From Octopus sinensis (Eukaryota): a DNA stretch of 64,000 bases. The position numbers were made by a program, and so were the translations under genes. Below are positions 62,186 through 64,000 of the stretch, in pieces (position 1 is the first letter of the stretch; every line of letters begins with the position of its first letter). The stretch lies in contig NC_043008.1 of assembly GCF_006345805.1 (NCBI RefSeq), forward strand, positions 6,448,001-6,512,000, read 5' to 3'. The notes beneath the pieces were generated by a model. That model was not told where the DNA came from. It saw only the letters and a program-made list of their open reading frames with translations, and ran no database searches.

Positions 62186-62583
62186 ATCTTTATATATAAA
62201 AGTCAAGTTGTGTGTCTATCTCCTATGATTTAGATTCCTAACTACTCCCACATTTTGCGGTGCAGTTTAACCAAAACCGGGTATCTTATAGTCGTGATTC
62301 ATATCGAGCCCTTCTGGGTATTAGCACGCGTCTACGATGAGTCTACGATTTAAAAAATAATTTACCATCATTTTTTTCCATTTTAATGCAATTTTTCGCT
62401 ATTATATAAGGGAAGTAACTCTCTAAAAATGTCTACGATGAGTCAACGATTTAAAAAATAATTTACCATCATTTTTTTCCATTTTTAATGCATTTTTTGC
62501 TATTTTTTGGCTATAACTCTCTAAAAATGCTTATATAGTTATTTCCCTTACAAACCCGAGCAACGCCGGGCGATACTGCTAGT
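62186..62583 (-). mobile_element. Family G Helentron/DINE-like copy with internal 101-bp tandem duplication
   Basis: cccgagcaacgccgggcgatactgctagt end; units start at 62330 and 62431. Confidence 0.65.
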
Positions 62584-62977
62584 TTAAAATAAATATAAAG
62601 CTATAGGATGTAATAATTTAAACATTAGCATCCAACCATAAAAATGTAGCAGGAATATTTAGCAACCAGATCACTATGCTCAATGTTGCAATTCACTAGA
62701 ATATTACCCACATGGAAAGAATCTGACCAAACAAGACTTTGTATAGAACTGACTCCAACAACAATTTCATCTTTTAGCATGCTTCTTTCTGAGCCTAACA
62801 ATCCCTGTATATATTTCGTGCACCTTAGCTACTTAAGCAGAGAGATGATGAAGAAATGGCAGACAAATGGTGAACTCTATTGATGTTTTGTCATTCGTAG
62901 TAATGACATTTTTGGGGTTTATGAAAAGAGTAAATATTTTATGAAAAATCTCAACAGATATCAGTGTTCTACTTCTT

Positions 62978-63092
62978 AACAGAAACCGTACCAAAGCAGG
63001 CAGTCAAGGTGGGGTGCGATCCTCTGCCTTGCCAGCTCCTGTCAAACTGTCCAACCCATGCCAGAATGTAGAAGAGACGTTAAATGATGATG
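62978..63092 (+). mobile_element. Family C 3' fragment
   Basis: ctgtcaaactgtccaacccatgccag...gacgttaaatgatgatgac. Confidence 0.65.
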
Positions 63093-63121
63093 ACAATAAT
63101 TATGAAAATAACTCAGAACAT

Positions 63122-63169
<48 letters not shown>

Positions 63170-64000
63170 CACACATATATAAATATATAGACACACACAA
63201 ACATGCTCATATACATATATATATATATACATACACAAACTTATATATATATATGTTGTATGCTTCATGTATGTTTTTGCTTGCATTTTATTTGTTTTAT
63301 TAAATTGTTTGCCTTTTCCCTGGAGTATGTGTACTGCTTACAGTTTATCAAATCACACAAAACCATAGAACATGCTTGAATAAATATGAATACATGAACG
63401 AACCTATACAAACAGAAGTGAAAATGCTCAACTTTCCTCGTGGATAAATAAGATCCCTTGAGACAAATAAATGTTAATCAAAACAAATAGAAGTGAATTG
63501 TCACCATAAAATTCAATGAAAATGTGACTTGGACAGTATAATTAAATTTGGACATATTTAAACAAATTGAAGAGGAGTTTTCTAATCAAGTTTTTGTACT
63601 TTTTGTTGTCATCAACATTGTAGTTCCTTTTTAGTGTTTATTTAGTTATTTTTTTAAAATTTCATATTAGTCTCTTGTTAGAAAGAAACAACCTAGCATG
63701 TACTTTAATAGTTCAAGCAGAATTTGCGTTTCTTTTATATTTCATTTCAGATCCACCAAATTAATAAAGAAAATATTTAATTCACAAAACGAAATTACTT
63801 TCCTTTGACTAAGCACAAGTTTAATTTTATTAAACAAGAAGGACATAGTTGATTGAATTAACCTTAAAATATTATTGATAAAGCAAAATATGAAGAATCC
63901 AGTACACCCTAAATCTCTTCATGTCATATTACATTTGGATTTTATTTTAACTATCATTATATTTTTAAAATGACAGCATCTGCGAGATAAACCACTATCA

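Overview
AT-rich, microsatellite-dense animal DNA. I recognise its repeat families as octopus-like (coleoid cephalopod), which is inference. No intact host protein-coding gene is supported: nearly all supplied ORFs are microsatellite or antisense-SINE read-throughs. The window holds many tRNA-derived SINE copies (labelled families A, B, D, D2, O and E here), RTE-type 3' tail elements (family C), and decayed RTE and R4/Dong-like LINE fossils. It also holds DD41D (rosa-type) and mariner transposon remnants, several MITEs, two Helentron/DINE-like elements, and a truncated intron-retaining tRNA-Leu(CAA) pseudogene. The most striking signal is four unrelated short repeat families that each carry a minimal type I hammerhead-ribozyme motif with palindromic helix III, as in Penelope-like elements (PLE). 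One is a canonical motif present twice, mirror-image, in a perfect 178-bp-arm palindrome. One lies in a tRNA-headed SINE that forms fold-back pairs. One has a G3:C8 compensatory core and one an A6U core. A candidate recursive splice site (poly-Y CAG|GTGAGT) lies on the minus strand near 49.2 kb. Ribozyme activity, novelty and family names all need experiments or database searches that I could not run.
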